From assembly GCA_963764165.1 (NCBI GenBank), contig CAVXRD010000001.1, positions 256,001 through 320,000 on the forward strand: a stretch of DNA of 64,000 bases, written 5' to 3'. Each line of letters opens with the position of its first letter. The first letter of the stretch is position 1. Below the pieces are notes generated by a model. That model did not search any database and was not told the DNA's origin. It saw only the letters and a list, made by a program, of their open reading frames with translations. The position numbers and the translations under genes were made by a program. The stretch comes from an uncultured Verrucomicrobiae bacterium (GTDB taxonomy: Bacteria; Verrucomicrobiota; Verrucomicrobiia; Limisphaerales; Palsa-1400). Positions 31,520 to 41,581 of the stretch are shown here, one piece after another.

Positions 31520-32704
31520 ATGTCGCTATTTATGTCTTTGTCTTTGAAAAATTCCTGGAAGTCGTCCGTGGCAATTCTGGCGCTGGCTGCGGCCACGACG
31601 GGTTGCGAAAAGAAAATCGAACAGAAACCGCCGCCTCCCCCAGAGGTGACGGTCGCGCCGGTGGAGCAGCGCCCGCTCATCGAGTGGAGCGAATTCACCG
31701 GGCGCACGGAGGCGGTTGAGTCGGTCGAGGTGCGCCCGCGCGTTTCCGGCTACATTCAGAAGGTCTGCTTTCAATCCGGCCAGCTTGTGAAGAAAGGCGA
31801 CGTGCTCTTCAAAATCGATCCTCGCTGGCACAAGGCGGATTTCGACCGCCTTCAAGCCGAGGCCGACCGGGCCAAGGTCCAACTCGACATCGCCAAGCGC
31901 GAAGCGGATCGCACCAAGGATTTGCTCGAGAACAAAGCCATTTCCATCGAGGAGGCCGATCAGCGCGTTGCCCGGTATAACGAAGCCAAAGCGGCACTGC
32001 AAGCGGCCGAAGCTTCGCGCGATTTCGCCAAGCTCGATTTGGATTACACCGAGGTTCGCGCGCCCATCGACGGGCGGGTCAGCCGCGCGATGTTGACCGA
32101 GGGCAATTATGTCAATGGGGTGGCCGGCGGAGCCTCTTTGCTGACGACGCTTGTTTCCGTCAGCCCTGTTTACGTTTACGTCGATGTGGATGAGGATTCG
32201 CTCTTGAAATACAACGCGCTGGCGGCCGCGAAAAAATTGGAGACCAACGGCGACGGGAAAATTCCTGTTGACCTCCAGCTTGGCGACGAACCTGGGTTCT
32301 CGCACGCGGGCGTTGTGGAATCATTCGACAATCGCCTGGACGCGGACACCGGCAGCATTGTGTTGCGCGCCGTGTTTCCGAATGAAGACGGGCGCATTGT
32401 GCCCGGATTGTTCGCCCGCATCCGCCTGCCCCTGAGCGAGAAACAGCCGACGCTCCTTGTCAGCGAGAAAGCCGTTGGCACCGACCAGGCGCAGAAATAT
32501 GTATTGACGCTCACCAAGTCCAACACGGTGGCGTATCAGCCTGTCACGCTCGGCCCGCTCATTGATGGGCAGCGCATCGTCCGCACCGGATTGCAGCCGG
32601 GCGAGAAGATTGTTGTCAATGGAATGGCGCACGTCCGCCCCGGCATGCCGGTGACGCCGCAGGTCGAAACCAACAGCCCGGATCGCAAGATCGTCAGCCG
32701 CTGA
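31520..32704 (+). CDS. RND periplasmic adaptor (MexE-like)
   Basis: Lipobox TTGC, VRPRVSG, APIDGR and PGLFAR. Confidence 0.95.
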   Translation: MSLFMSLSLKNSWKSSVAILALAAATTGCEKKIEQKPPPPPEVTVAPVEQRPLIEWSEFTGRTEAVESVEVRPRVSGYIQKVCFQSGQLVKKGDVLFKIDPRWHKADFDRLQAEADRAKVQLDIAKREADRTKDLLENKAISIEEADQRVARYNEAKAALQAAEASRDFAKLDLDYTEVRAPIDGRVSRAMLTEGNYVNGVAGGASLLTTLVSVSPVYVYVDVDEDSLLKYNALAAAKKLETNGDGKIPVDLQLGDEPGFSHAGVVESFDNRLDADTGSIVLRAVFPNEDGRIVPGLFARIRLPLSEKQPTLLVSEKAVGTDQAQKYVLTLTKSNTVAYQPVTLGPLIDGQRIVRTGLQPGEKIVVNGMAHVRPGMPVTPQVETNSPDRKIVSR

Positions 32705-32736
32705 GCAGCCGCATTTACCTTAACCAAAGGCCAGCC

Positions 32737-35700
32737 ATGAACTTTTCGGATTTCTTCATAAGACGCCCCATCTTCGCGGGAGTCTTGTCAACTTTAATTT
32801 TCCTAATTGGGGCCATCGCGCTGTGGAAGCTTCCGATCAGCGAATATCCCGAAGTGGTGCCGCCGACTATTGTCGTGCGCGCCAGTTATCCCGGCGCGAA
32901 TCCCAAGACCATCGCCGAAACGGTCGCCTCCCCGCTCGAGCAGGAAATCAACGGCGTCGAGGACTCGCAGTATATGTTTTCGCAGGCGACAGCGGACGGT
33001 GTGATGACCTTGACCATCACCTTCAAGCTCGGCGCGGATGTCGACAAGGCGCAGGTGCAGGTGCAAAACCGCGTTTCCCAGGCGCTCCCGAAATTGCCTG
33101 AAGACGTCCGCCGCCTCGGCGTCACGACAAAAAAGCAATCGCCGGATTTGACGATGGTCGTTCACCTGTTCTCACCGGACGGGCGCTATAACGAAGTTTA
33201 TTTGCGCAATTATGCCACGCTTCAGGTGAAGGACGTCCTGGCGCGCATTCCCGGAGCTGGCGACGTGCAGGTGTTCGGCTCGGGCGATTATGCAATGCGC
33301 ATCTGGCTCGACCCGGATAAAATCGCCTCGCGCAATTTGACCGCCGACGACGTGGTCAATGCCATTCGCGAGCAAAACGTGCAAATCGCCGCCGGCGCGG
33401 TGGGACAGCAGCCAGTGAGTTCGCCGGTGAATTTTGAAATGCAGGTGAACGCCAAGGGACGCCTCATCACGCCGGAGGAATTTGGCAAGATCATCGTGAA
33501 GACCGGCCCGCACGGCGAAAAGACGGTGCTCAAGGATGTCGCGCGGGTCGAATTGAGCGCGGGCAGTTACGCGTTGCGCTCGCTGCTTGACAACAAGACG
33601 GCGGTGGCGCTGCCCATTTTCCAATCGCCCGGCGCGAACGCGCTCGAGCTTTCCAGCAACGTCCGCCACACGATGGACGAGTTGAAGAAAAACTTCCCGG
33701 ATGGCCTCGATTACTCCGTGGTGTATGACCCGACGACCTTCGTGCGGCATTCGATTGAAGCAGTCATTCACACGCTGGCCGAAGCAATTTTGCTGGTGGT
33801 GATCGTCGTGATTTTGTTCCTGCAAACGTGGCGCGCGTCGATCATTCCGCTCGCGGCGGTGCCGGTTTCGCTGGTGGGAACCTTCGCGGTGATGCTCGCG
33901 GTCGGATTTTCCATAAACAACCTTTCGCTGTTCGGGATGGTGCTGGCCATCGGCATTGTGGTCGACGACGCCATCGTGGTGGTGGAGAACGTCGAGCGAA
34001 ACATCGCGCTCGGATTCGCGCCGCCGGAAGCCGCGCGGCGCGCGATGAGCGAGGTGACGAGCCCGATCATCGCGACGGCGCTGGTCTTGTGCGCGGTGTT
34101 CGTGCCGACGGCGTTCATCAGCGGCTTGACGGGGCAATTCTACAAGCAATTCGCGATCACGATTGCGATCTCGACGGTCATCTCGGCGTTCAATTCGCTG
34201 ACGCTCTCCCCTGCCCTTTGCGCGGTGCTGCTGAAAGATCACAACGCGCCGAAGGATGTCTTCGCCCGTTCGATGGATAAAATCTTCGGCTGGATCTTCC
34301 GCCCGTTTAATCGCGCGTTCGCGTGGGCGGGAAATAAATATTCCACCGGCGTCGCCTCGATCCTGCGCAAATCGGTGGCGGCCCTCGTGGTCTACGTGGC
34401 ATTAGTCGCTCTGACCGGATGGGGATTCAACAAGGTGCCGACGGGTTTCGTCCCGACGCAGGATAAACAATATCTTGTCGCGTTCGCGCAATTGCCCGAC
34501 GCCGCTTCGCTGGATCGCACGGACGCGGTGATTCGCCGCATGGCGGAAATCGGCCTGAAAACGCCCGGCGTTGAAAGCGCGGTGGAATTTCCAGGATTGA
34601 GCATCAGCGGTTTCACCGTCGCGCCCAATGAAGGCATCGCGTTCTTCACGCTGAAGCCCTTCGACGAACGTACGACGCCGGAGTTGAGCGCGGACGCCAT
34701 TGCCGCTTCATTGAACCAGCAACTCTCCGCCATCCAGGATGCATTCGTCCTCACCGTGTCGCCGCCGCCGGTGGATGGCTTGGGAACGATTGGCGGGTTC
34801 AAGCTTTACGTGGAGGATCGCGCGGATCTCGGTTACGACGCGGTTTACCAATCGATTCAGGACATCCTGGGAAAGGCCTACCAAACGCCCGTGCTGGACC
34901 AGGAGTTTTCCTCCTTTACTGTGACGGTGCCGCAGTTGGATGCGGACATCGACCGCGTGAAAGCAAAGCAGGAAGGAGTGCCGTTGCAGAATCTATTTGA
35001 CACCATGCAGGTGTATCTCGGCTCGCTTTACGTGAACGATTTCAACCGCTTCGGACGCACTTACCAAGTGATCGCGCAGGCCGATTCGAAATTCCGCGGC
35101 AGCGCTGAGAGCATCACGCGGCTGAAAACGCGCAATGAAAAGGGACAAATGGTGCCGCTGGGCGCGCTGGTGCGCGTGGTGGAAACGCACGGGCCGAATC
35201 GCGCGATGCGTTACAACGGTTATCCCGCCGCCGAAATCAATGCCGCGCCCGGCGCTGGCTACAGTTCGGGGCAGGCCGAGGCGCTGCTGGCGAAACTCAC
35301 CACGGAGACGCTGCCGAAAGGGGCGAGCTTCGAGTGGACTGATCTCACCTATCAACGAATTCTCGCGGGCAACACGGCTATTTACGTGTATCCGCTTTGC
35401 ATTCTGCTGGTGTTCCTTGTGCTGGCGGCGCTTTACGAGAGTTTTCGCTTGCCGCTCGCCATTATTCTCATTGTGCCGATGTGTTTGCTGTTCGCCATCA
35501 CCGGCGTCTACCTATCGCATGGCGACAATAATATTTTCACGCAGATTGGCTTGATCGTGCTGGTCGGATTGGCGTGCAAGAACGCCATCTTGATTGTCGA
35601 GTTCGCGAAGGAAAAACAGGCCGAGGGATTGTCGGCTTTTCAATCTGCCATTGAAGCGTGCCGCTTGCGGTTGCGCCCGATTTTGATGACGTCGATTGCG

Positions 35701-37398
35701 TTCATCGCGGGTGTGTTTCCGCTCGTGGTGGCGCACGGCGCCGGTTCGGAAATGCGACGAGCCATGGGCGTGGCCGTGTTCGCTGGAATGATTGGCGTGA
35801 CGATCTTCGGACTCTTCTTGACACCGGTGTTTTACGTGACACTCATGCGCTGGGGGCCGAAACCGAAACACGCTCACGCACCCTTGCCGAGCGGCACAGG
35901 AATCGGACCGTCCACTGCGGTCGCGGGTTTGATTCTCGCGTTGTTGCTGATCCCCACCTCCATCCAGGCAGACGGTTGGAAAGTGGGCCCGGACTATCAC
36001 GCGCCGACTAATTCCGTTCCCCCGGCTTACAAGTCCGAAGAACTCGGTTCGTGGAAGGAAGGCAAACCGCTGGCGGATGTTCCCAAAGGAAAATGGTGGG
36101 AAATTTTCAACGATCCGGATTTGAACGCGCTCGAAGAACGTGCCGGCCAGGCCAACCAGGACTTGAAGGCGGCGGTCGCGCGCGTCGATCAATCGCGGGC
36201 CACAGCTCGTGTCGCGCGGGCGCAATTGATGCCGTATCTCAGCCTCGACCCTAGCTTGAATCGCCAGCGTTATTCTCCGAATGAGCAGCCGAGTTTCGGA
36301 AACATCACGGCCACCACCTACAGCACCCCGCTTGATCTCAGTTACGAAGTGGATTTGTGGGGCCGCGTGCGCCGGAGCTTTGAAGGCGCGCGGGCCGATG
36401 CGCAAGCTTCGCTGGCGGATTATTACAACGGCCTGCTGACCTTGCAGGCGGACGTCGCGGAAAACTATTTTTCGCTGCGCGGCCTTGATGCGGAAATCGC
36501 CACCGTTGACGGCACCGTCGGATTGCGCAAAGAGCAACTCAAGCTGGTGCAAAGCCGTTTTCGCGGCGGCATCGGAAACGAACTCGACATCGCACGCGCC
36601 GAAACCGAACTCGCCACCACGGAGGCAGAAGCAGCGGCCTTGGCGCAACGCCGCGAGGAAATGGAAAATGCGATTGCCGTCCTGGTCGGCGCGAACGCGG
36701 CGTCGTTTCATTTGGCGCCGCTGAAATCCAGCAATTGGGCGCCGAACCCCCCGGAAGTTCCCGCCGGTTTGCCGGCCGATTTGCTCGAACGCCGCCCGGA
36801 TGTCTCCGAGGCGGAACGCCAGCTTGCCGCGACCAGCGCGCGCATTGGCGTGGCGAAAGGCGCGTTCTTTCCTGTGCTGACATTGACAGGCTCCGGCGGA
36901 TTCCTCAGCGCGGATGTTGATACGCTGTTTAACTGGAACAGCCGGACATGGTCGATGGGGCCGAGTTTGACGCTGCCCCTTTTCGCGGGCGGGCGCAACA
37001 AGGCGAATTTGAAACGCGCGAAGTCTGCCTTTGAAGAGGCGACGGCTCATTATCGCCAGCGCATTCTCGTGGCGTTTCAGGAAACCGAGAACAGCCTTTC
37101 GGCCACCCGCCATCTCAGCGTCGAAGCGGAAGCGCAGAAGCGCGCCGTCACCAACGCGCGCCGCGCGGCCAATCTGGCCGAGAACCGTTATAAATCGGGA
37201 ATCGTCGGATACCTCGATGTCGTCGATGCGAACCGCGACGCGCTGCAAGCCGAGCGCGACAATGCCCGCCTCGCCGGCCAGCGACTGGTGGTTTCCGTGC
37301 AGCTCATCAAAGCGCTCGGCGGCGGCTGGGAGCAGGCGCAAGTCAATGATACTGTTGCGCCTGTCAAGAATGGCCTGCCGGTGGCGATGTCGAAGTAA
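32737..37398 (+). CDS. HAE1 RND permease (MexF-like) fused to NodT/OprN-like outer-membrane factor
   Basis: [33 protein letters not shown] and RLRPILMT, followed in the same frame by VGPDY, YEVDLWGR, LLERRPD and LIKALGGGW. Confidence 0.93.
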   Translation: MNFSDFFIRRPIFAGVLSTLIFLIGAIALWKLPISEYPEVVPPTIVVRASYPGANPKTIAETVASPLEQEINGVEDSQYMFSQATADGVMTLTITFKLGADVDKAQVQVQNRVSQALPKLPEDVRRLGVTTKKQSPDLTMVVHLFSPDGRYNEVYLRNYATLQVKDVLARIPGAGDVQVFGSGDYAMRIWLDPDKIASRNLTADDVVNAIREQNVQIAAGAVGQQPVSSPVNFEMQVNAKGRLITPEEFGKIIVKTGPHGEKTVLKDVARVELSAGSYALRSLLDNKTAVALPIFQSPGANALELSSNVRHTMDELKKNFPDGLDYSVVYDPTTFVRHSIEAVIHTLAEAILLVVIVVILFLQTWRASIIPLAAVPVSLVGTFAVMLAVGFSINNLSLFGMVLAIGIVVDDAIVVVENVERNIALGFAPPEAARRAMSEVTSPIIATALVLCAVFVPTAFISGLTGQFYKQFAITIAISTVISAFNSLTLSPALCAVLLKDHNAPKDVFARSMDKIFGWIFRPFNRAFAWAGNKYSTGVASILRKSVAALVVYVALVALTGWGFNKVPTGFVPTQDKQYLVAFAQLPDAASLDRTDAVIRRMAEIGLKTPGVESAVEFPGLSISGFTVAPNEGIAFFTLKPFDERTTPELSADAIAASLNQQLSAIQDAFVLTVSPPPVDGLGTIGGFKLYVEDRADLGYDAVYQSIQDILGKAYQTPVLDQEFSSFTVTVPQLDADIDRVKAKQEGVPLQNLFDTMQVYLGSLYVNDFNRFGRTYQVIAQADSKFRGSAESITRLKTRNEKGQMVPLGALVRVVETHGPNRAMRYNGYPAAEINAAPGAGYSSGQAEALLAKLTTETLPKGASFEWTDLTYQRILAGNTAIYVYPLCILLVFLVLAALYESFRLPLAIILIVPMCLLFAITGVYLSHGDNNIFTQIGLIVLVGLACKNAILIVEFAKEKQAEGLSAFQSAIEACRLRLRPILMTSIAFIAGVFPLVVAHGAGSEMRRAMGVAVFAGMIGVTIFGLFLTPVFYVTLMRWGPKPKHAHAPLPSGTGIGPSTAVAGLILALLLIPTSIQADGWKVGPDYHAPTNSVPPAYKSEELGSWKEGKPLADVPKGKWWEIFNDPDLNALEERAGQANQDLKAAVARVDQSRATARVARAQLMPYLSLDPSLNRQRYSPNEQPSFGNITATTYSTPLDLSYEVDLWGRVRRSFEGARADAQASLADYYNGLLTLQADVAENYFSLRGLDAEIATVDGTVGLRKEQLKLVQSRFRGGIGNELDIARAETELATTEAEAAALAQRREEMENAIAVLVGANAASFHLAPLKSSNWAPNPPEVPAGLPADLLERRPDVSEAERQLAATSARIGVAKGAFFPVLTLTGSGGFLSADVDTLFNWNSRTWSMGPSLTLPLFAGGRNKANLKRAKSAFEEATAHYRQRILVAFQETENSLSATRHLSVEAEAQKRAVTNARRAANLAENRYKSGIVGYLDVVDANRDALQAERDNARLAGQRLVVSVQLIKALGGGWEQAQVNDTVAPVKNGLPVAMSK

Positions 37399-37410
37399 GC
37401 ATGACGCGTT

Positions 37411-37551
37411 GGAGCGCGGCTGTGTCGAAGACCAGCCGCAGCCATATTCAAACCAGGGAAAAGCGAACTGCGACAATTACGGTGATCGGCTCCGCGTGCC
37501 TCGGTTTGCATCGGAACCCGCTGCGGCTGGTCTTCGACACAGCCGCGCTCC
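37411..37551. repeat. 141-bp hairpin (REPIN-like), left of RAYT
   Basis: 32-bp arms ggagcgcggctgtgtcgaagaccagccgcagc and its reverse complement. Confidence 0.92.
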
Positions 37552-37594
37552 GGCGGCGCTTCAAGACTTGCGACGGCGTTCTGTTTACAGTTCA

Positions 37595-38311
37595 ATGCGC
37601 GGCGTGAGCCAGCCACCTGAGCCAAGACTTCCGGGGCCACCACATAATCCCGGCGTGCGCGACTTGATCAAGGGCAAACGCCGCTGGGCTGGGCCGCCAA
37701 AGCCGCAAGACGCCAAGCAGGGATTCCGCAGTTGGAACGAGCGCGGTTATCTTCCCCATCGGGACGAGCCAGGCTTGACACAATTCGTCACGTTCCGACT
37801 GGCTGATTCATTTCCTGAAGCGCTTCGTTCGGAGTGGGAGCACCTGCTAAAGATTGAGGACAACGGCAGGCGGCAGGCGGAACTGGAATCGTACCTGGAC
37901 CGAAGCCGTGGCGAATGTCATTTGCGCCAGCCTGAGATTGCCCAACTCGTTGAAAACGCGATGCGGTTCTTCCACGGCGAGCGTTACGAAATGCGCGCTT
38001 GGGCTGTGATGCCGAATCATGTTCACGCATTGTTCAAAGTAGACGCGACGCCGATGGCGGATATCATCCAGAGCTGGAAAAAACACACGGCACAAAAGGC
38101 AAACCGGCTATTGAACCGCCGCGGTGAATTCTGGCAGGCGGATTACTGGGACACATTCATGCGCGACAGAAACCACGAATTGAAAACACGCAACTACATC
38201 GAAGGCAATCCGGCGAAAGCGGGACTTGTTGTCGATCCGAAGGTTTGGCCATGGAGCAGCGCCCGATTTTGGGATACTTGTGGCGTGTTGAAAATCCAGC
38301 GCAACGGCTGA
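37595..38311 (+). mobile_element. REP-associated tyrosine transposase (RAYT, Y1 HUH)
   Basis: RGYLPH, FVTFRL, MPNHVH, SWKK, FWQ..YWD, YIEGNP and WPWSS motifs. Confidence 0.93.
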
Positions 38312-38324
38312 ACGGCACGCGAAC

Positions 38325-38465
38325 GGAGCGCGGCTGTGTCGAAGACCAGCCGCAGCCATATTCAAACCACGGAAAAGCGAACTGCGACAATTACGGTGAT
38401 CGGCTCCGCGTGCCTCAGTTGGCATTGGAACCCGCTGCGGCTGGTCTTCGACACAGCCGCGCTCC
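38325..38465. repeat. 141-bp hairpin (REPIN-like), right of RAYT
   Basis: Near-identical direct copy of 37411-37551. Confidence 0.92.
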
Positions 38466-38503
38466 GATGGATTCAGTTGGCATGCTCCTTCTTCACTTCC
38501 ATG

Positions 38504-39889
38504 TTAGTTCGGATGCTGGGGCAGGCGGACTTTGAAGCGGGTTTCGCCGGGCTTGGATTCGAATTCGATTTCGCCGCCGTGGCGGTCCGCCACGATGCGA
38601 TTGCTGATCACCAAGCCCAAGCCAGTACCAGCGCCCACGCCCTTTGTCGTAAAAAACGGCTCGAAAATATGCGCCTGCACTTCTGGTGGAATTCCCGCGC
38701 CGTCATCCACAATTTCAACAACCAGATAATCGCCGTCCAAAAATGTTCCGATGCAAAGGGCGCCCTTGCCGTTCATCGCGTCGATGGCGTTGTCAATAAG
38801 ATTTGTCCAGACCTGATTCAATTCGCCGGGATAAGCCATTATTTTTGGCAATTTGTCAAAGGCGCGGCGCACCGTGATGTTTTTCAATTTGTGCCCGAGC
38901 ATCACGAGCGTGCTCTCGATTCCCTCGTGGATGTCCATCTCCTGCATGGGCGATTTGTCCATGTGGGTGTAGGCCTTGACGGCTTTCACCAATTCGGAAA
39001 CGCGCGCGGTGCTGTTGGTGACCTGCGTCAATAAGAGTTTCAAACTAATCCGGGCTTCGAGCCACTGGATAGCTCCGGCGCGGCTGTCGGCAGGCAATTT
39101 GGAAGTCAGCTTTTCCAGCCAATCCACTCCCAATCCAGCTTCCACGAATGTTGGCGCAATCGACCAGCTATCGGGAATGCCCTGGCCTTCCAGCCACGTG
39201 CCGACGACGTCCTGGCGGTCGCTGCGGGTGATTGAATCGAGCTTTGGAGCTTTGGCCAAACCGCTCACGGATTCCTCGGAGGCGGGAAGAAGATACTCCC
39301 AATGCTCGGCTTCCAATCCATGAACCAACTCGCAAAGAAACGATTGCACCCGGTCGGTGGCCTTCTGCAATTCCGCCGCCGCCCGCAACGCCGCCGACGC
39401 AGGATTATTCAACTCGTGCGCCAAGCCGGCCGCCATCGTTCCCAGTGAAATCAATTTCTCGCGCTGGGAGGCAAAGCCTTCGATGTTGCGAAGGCGCGCC
39501 GCCGTCATCTTAATCACCTTGCGCGCCACCGAGGGGCACGTCCCGAGCATGTGCCAGAAGCCTTCTTCATTCAGTCGGAATACCCTGGCAGTCTTGGACA
39601 CGCGCACCGTCGACATCCACGGCGAATCGAGAAGCAGCGGCAATTCGCCCATAAAATCGCCCGGTTTGCTCGTCGCCATCAAAACGTCCTGCCGGTCGTA
39701 AGAGCGCCAGAACTGGATTTCCCCACCTAGATTTATGTAAAACATGGATGACTTTTGCCCTTCCGCGGCGAGAACGGTGCCGACCGGAAGCTCCACGATT
39801 TCTCCCGGCTTAATGCAATCAAGCTGGTCGTCCGACAATTCAGCGAACAGCGGCATTTTGCGGACAATTTGAAGTTCGGCGGCGTCCAT
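38504..39889 (-). CDS. Histidine kinase with N-terminal cNMP-binding-like domain
   Basis: AHELNNP, NLIDNAIDA, FEPFFTTK and GTGLGL; N-terminal PLFAEL...GE. Confidence 0.93.
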   Translation of the reverse strand: MDAAELQIVRKMPLFAELSDDQLDCIKPGEIVELPVGTVLAAEGQKSSMFYINLGGEIQFWRSYDRQDVLMATSKPGDFMGELPLLLDSPWMSTVRVSKTARVFRLNEEGFWHMLGTCPSVARKVIKMTAARLRNIEGFASQREKLISLGTMAAGLAHELNNPASAALRAAAELQKATDRVQSFLCELVHGLEAEHWEYLLPASEESVSGLAKAPKLDSITRSDRQDVVGTWLEGQGIPDSWSIAPTFVEAGLGVDWLEKLTSKLPADSRAGAIQWLEARISLKLLLTQVTNSTARVSELVKAVKAYTHMDKSPMQEMDIHEGIESTLVMLGHKLKNITVRRAFDKLPKIMAYPGELNQVWTNLIDNAIDAMNGKGALCIGTFLDGDYLVVEIVDDGAGIPPEVQAHIFEPFFTTKGVGAGTGLGLVISNRIVADRHGGEIEFESKPGETRFKVRLPQHPN

Positions 39890-39893
39890 GATT

Positions 39894-41558
39894 TTACAAT
39901 GTGGCAAGATATTCATGCACGAGCTTCACAGCCATCGCGCCCTCGCCGACGCCGGAAGTAACGCCCTTGGCGGAGCGGTGGCGAACATCGCCCGCCACGA
40001 AAATCCCGGGAACGCTCGTTTCAAGATAAAATGGATCGCGGCTCGCGCTCCAGCCTTTGGGCCTGCGGCTTTCACCGGAACTCAGATGCTGGCCGGAAAT
40101 GACATAGCCCGATTGGTCGCGCTCGACAATGCCCGCGAGCCATTCCGTCCGCGGCAGCGCACCGGCGTAAATCAGCAGCGCCGTCGCCGGAGCCGTGCGC
40201 TCCTCGCCGGTTTTGCTATTTCGCAGGGTGACACTCTCGCAATGCCCCTCGCCGCAAACGTTGATGACATTTGTATTGACAAGCACTCCGATATTCTTGG
40301 TGGCGGTGATCTGGTCTTCGAGATATTGCGACATGGTCATGGACAGCGCCGCTCCGCGAACAACCATCGTGACTTTGCGCGCGAATTTCGAAAAATACAT
40401 CGCCGCCTGCCCGGCCGAATTCGCTCCTCCGATGATGTAAATATCGCCGTCGCGGTAGGAGATGGCGTCGCTCATCGGCGCGTAATAATATACACCCGCG
40501 CCGAGCAATTTTTCCGCTCCCGGAATATCAAGCGTGCGATAGGAAATCCCGCTGGCCACCAGAACGGCGCGGCCGGCGATTTCGGCCCCGTCCGCCAGCT
40601 TCACCACGCGCGACGGGCCATCGGCTCGCAAGCCCGCGACTTCCTGCGGGGTGAGGATTTCCACGCCAAAACGTCGCGCCTGGGCGACGGCGCGGCGAGC
40701 CAAATCGCCTCCGCTGAGCCCCGTTGGAAAACCAAGATAATTCTCGATGCGCGAACTCCGGCCCGCCTGCCCTCCCGGCGCTTCGCGTTCAATGAGAAGC
40801 GTCTTCAATCCGTCAGCCGCGCCATATACGGACGCCGCCAATCCGGCAGGGCCGCCGCCGATGACAATCAAATCGTAAAACGGGAGATCCGCCTTGGTCT
40901 TCAAATTCAGCTTGGCGGCGACCGCAGCCACATTCGGCTTGGGAATGAACGAACCGTCGGCAAAAACCACCAGTGGCAGGCAGGTGATGTCGGTCTTGCT
41001 CGTCGTCAACAATTGTTTTGCGGCGTCGCTTGTTTCCACGTCGAGCCACTGGTAGGGAATGAAATTGCGCCCGAGAAAATCACGAATCTCCATTCCCGCC
41101 GGCGACCAGCGATGGGCCACCACGCGAACGCCCTCGAACGGCGGCGAAAAGTTCGCCTGCCAATCGTCGAGCAAATCATCCACCACATTGTAGAGCCGCT
41201 CCTCCGGCGGATCCCATGGCTTCATCAAATAGTGGTCGATCTGCACCGAATTGATGGCCTGAATGGCGGCATCGGTATCGGCATAGGCTGTCAACAAAGC
41301 GCGCTTGGCGTCCGGGAAGAGCACAATGGCCTGCTCGAGAAATTCGACGCCGGACATCATCGGCATTCGCTGGTCAACAAGAAAGAGAGAAATGGAATCG
41401 TTTCGGAGTTTCAATTGCCGGACCGCATCCATCGCCGATGCGCCGGAGTCGGCGGCCATCACGCGGTAGCGATTCCCATATTGGCGGCGCAAGTCGCGTT
41501 CGACAGCGCGCAGCACTTCCGGATCGTCGTCCACTGTCATCAATATTGGTTTTGGCAT
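39894..41558 (-). CDS. Response-regulator receiver fused to thioredoxin-reductase-like FAD domain
   Basis: VDDD, DQRMP and KPW receiver motifs; GGGPAG, IENYLGF, GGANSAGQ and AGDVR. Confidence 0.93.
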   Translation of the reverse strand: MPKPILMTVDDDPEVLRAVERDLRRQYGNRYRVMAADSGASAMDAVRQLKLRNDSISLFLVDQRMPMMSGVEFLEQAIVLFPDAKRALLTAYADTDAAIQAINSVQIDHYLMKPWDPPEERLYNVVDDLLDDWQANFSPPFEGVRVVAHRWSPAGMEIRDFLGRNFIPYQWLDVETSDAAKQLLTTSKTDITCLPLVVFADGSFIPKPNVAAVAAKLNLKTKADLPFYDLIVIGGGPAGLAASVYGAADGLKTLLIEREAPGGQAGRSSRIENYLGFPTGLSGGDLARRAVAQARRFGVEILTPQEVAGLRADGPSRVVKLADGAEIAGRAVLVASGISYRTLDIPGAEKLLGAGVYYYAPMSDAISYRDGDIYIIGGANSAGQAAMYFSKFARKVTMVVRGAALSMTMSQYLEDQITATKNIGVLVNTNVINVCGEGHCESVTLRNSKTGEERTAPATALLIYAGALPRTEWLAGIVERDQSGYVISGQHLSSGESRRPKGWSASRDPFYLETSVPGIFVAGDVRHRSAKGVTSGVGEGAMAVKLVHEYLATL

Positions 41559-41581
41559 GGCAAAAATTTGTTGGCGGCGCG

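Noticed and set aside
35512..37476. Long antisense ORFs (also 6725-7957, 19615-21090, 24298-25836, 39888-41627, 56016-57857)
   Set aside because: Shadows of real genes in GC-rich DNA; Arg-rich with no motifs.
37031..37594. N-terminal extension of the 426-aa RAYT ORF
   Set aside because: It overlaps the OMF coding region and reads through the hairpin repeat; start moved to 37595.
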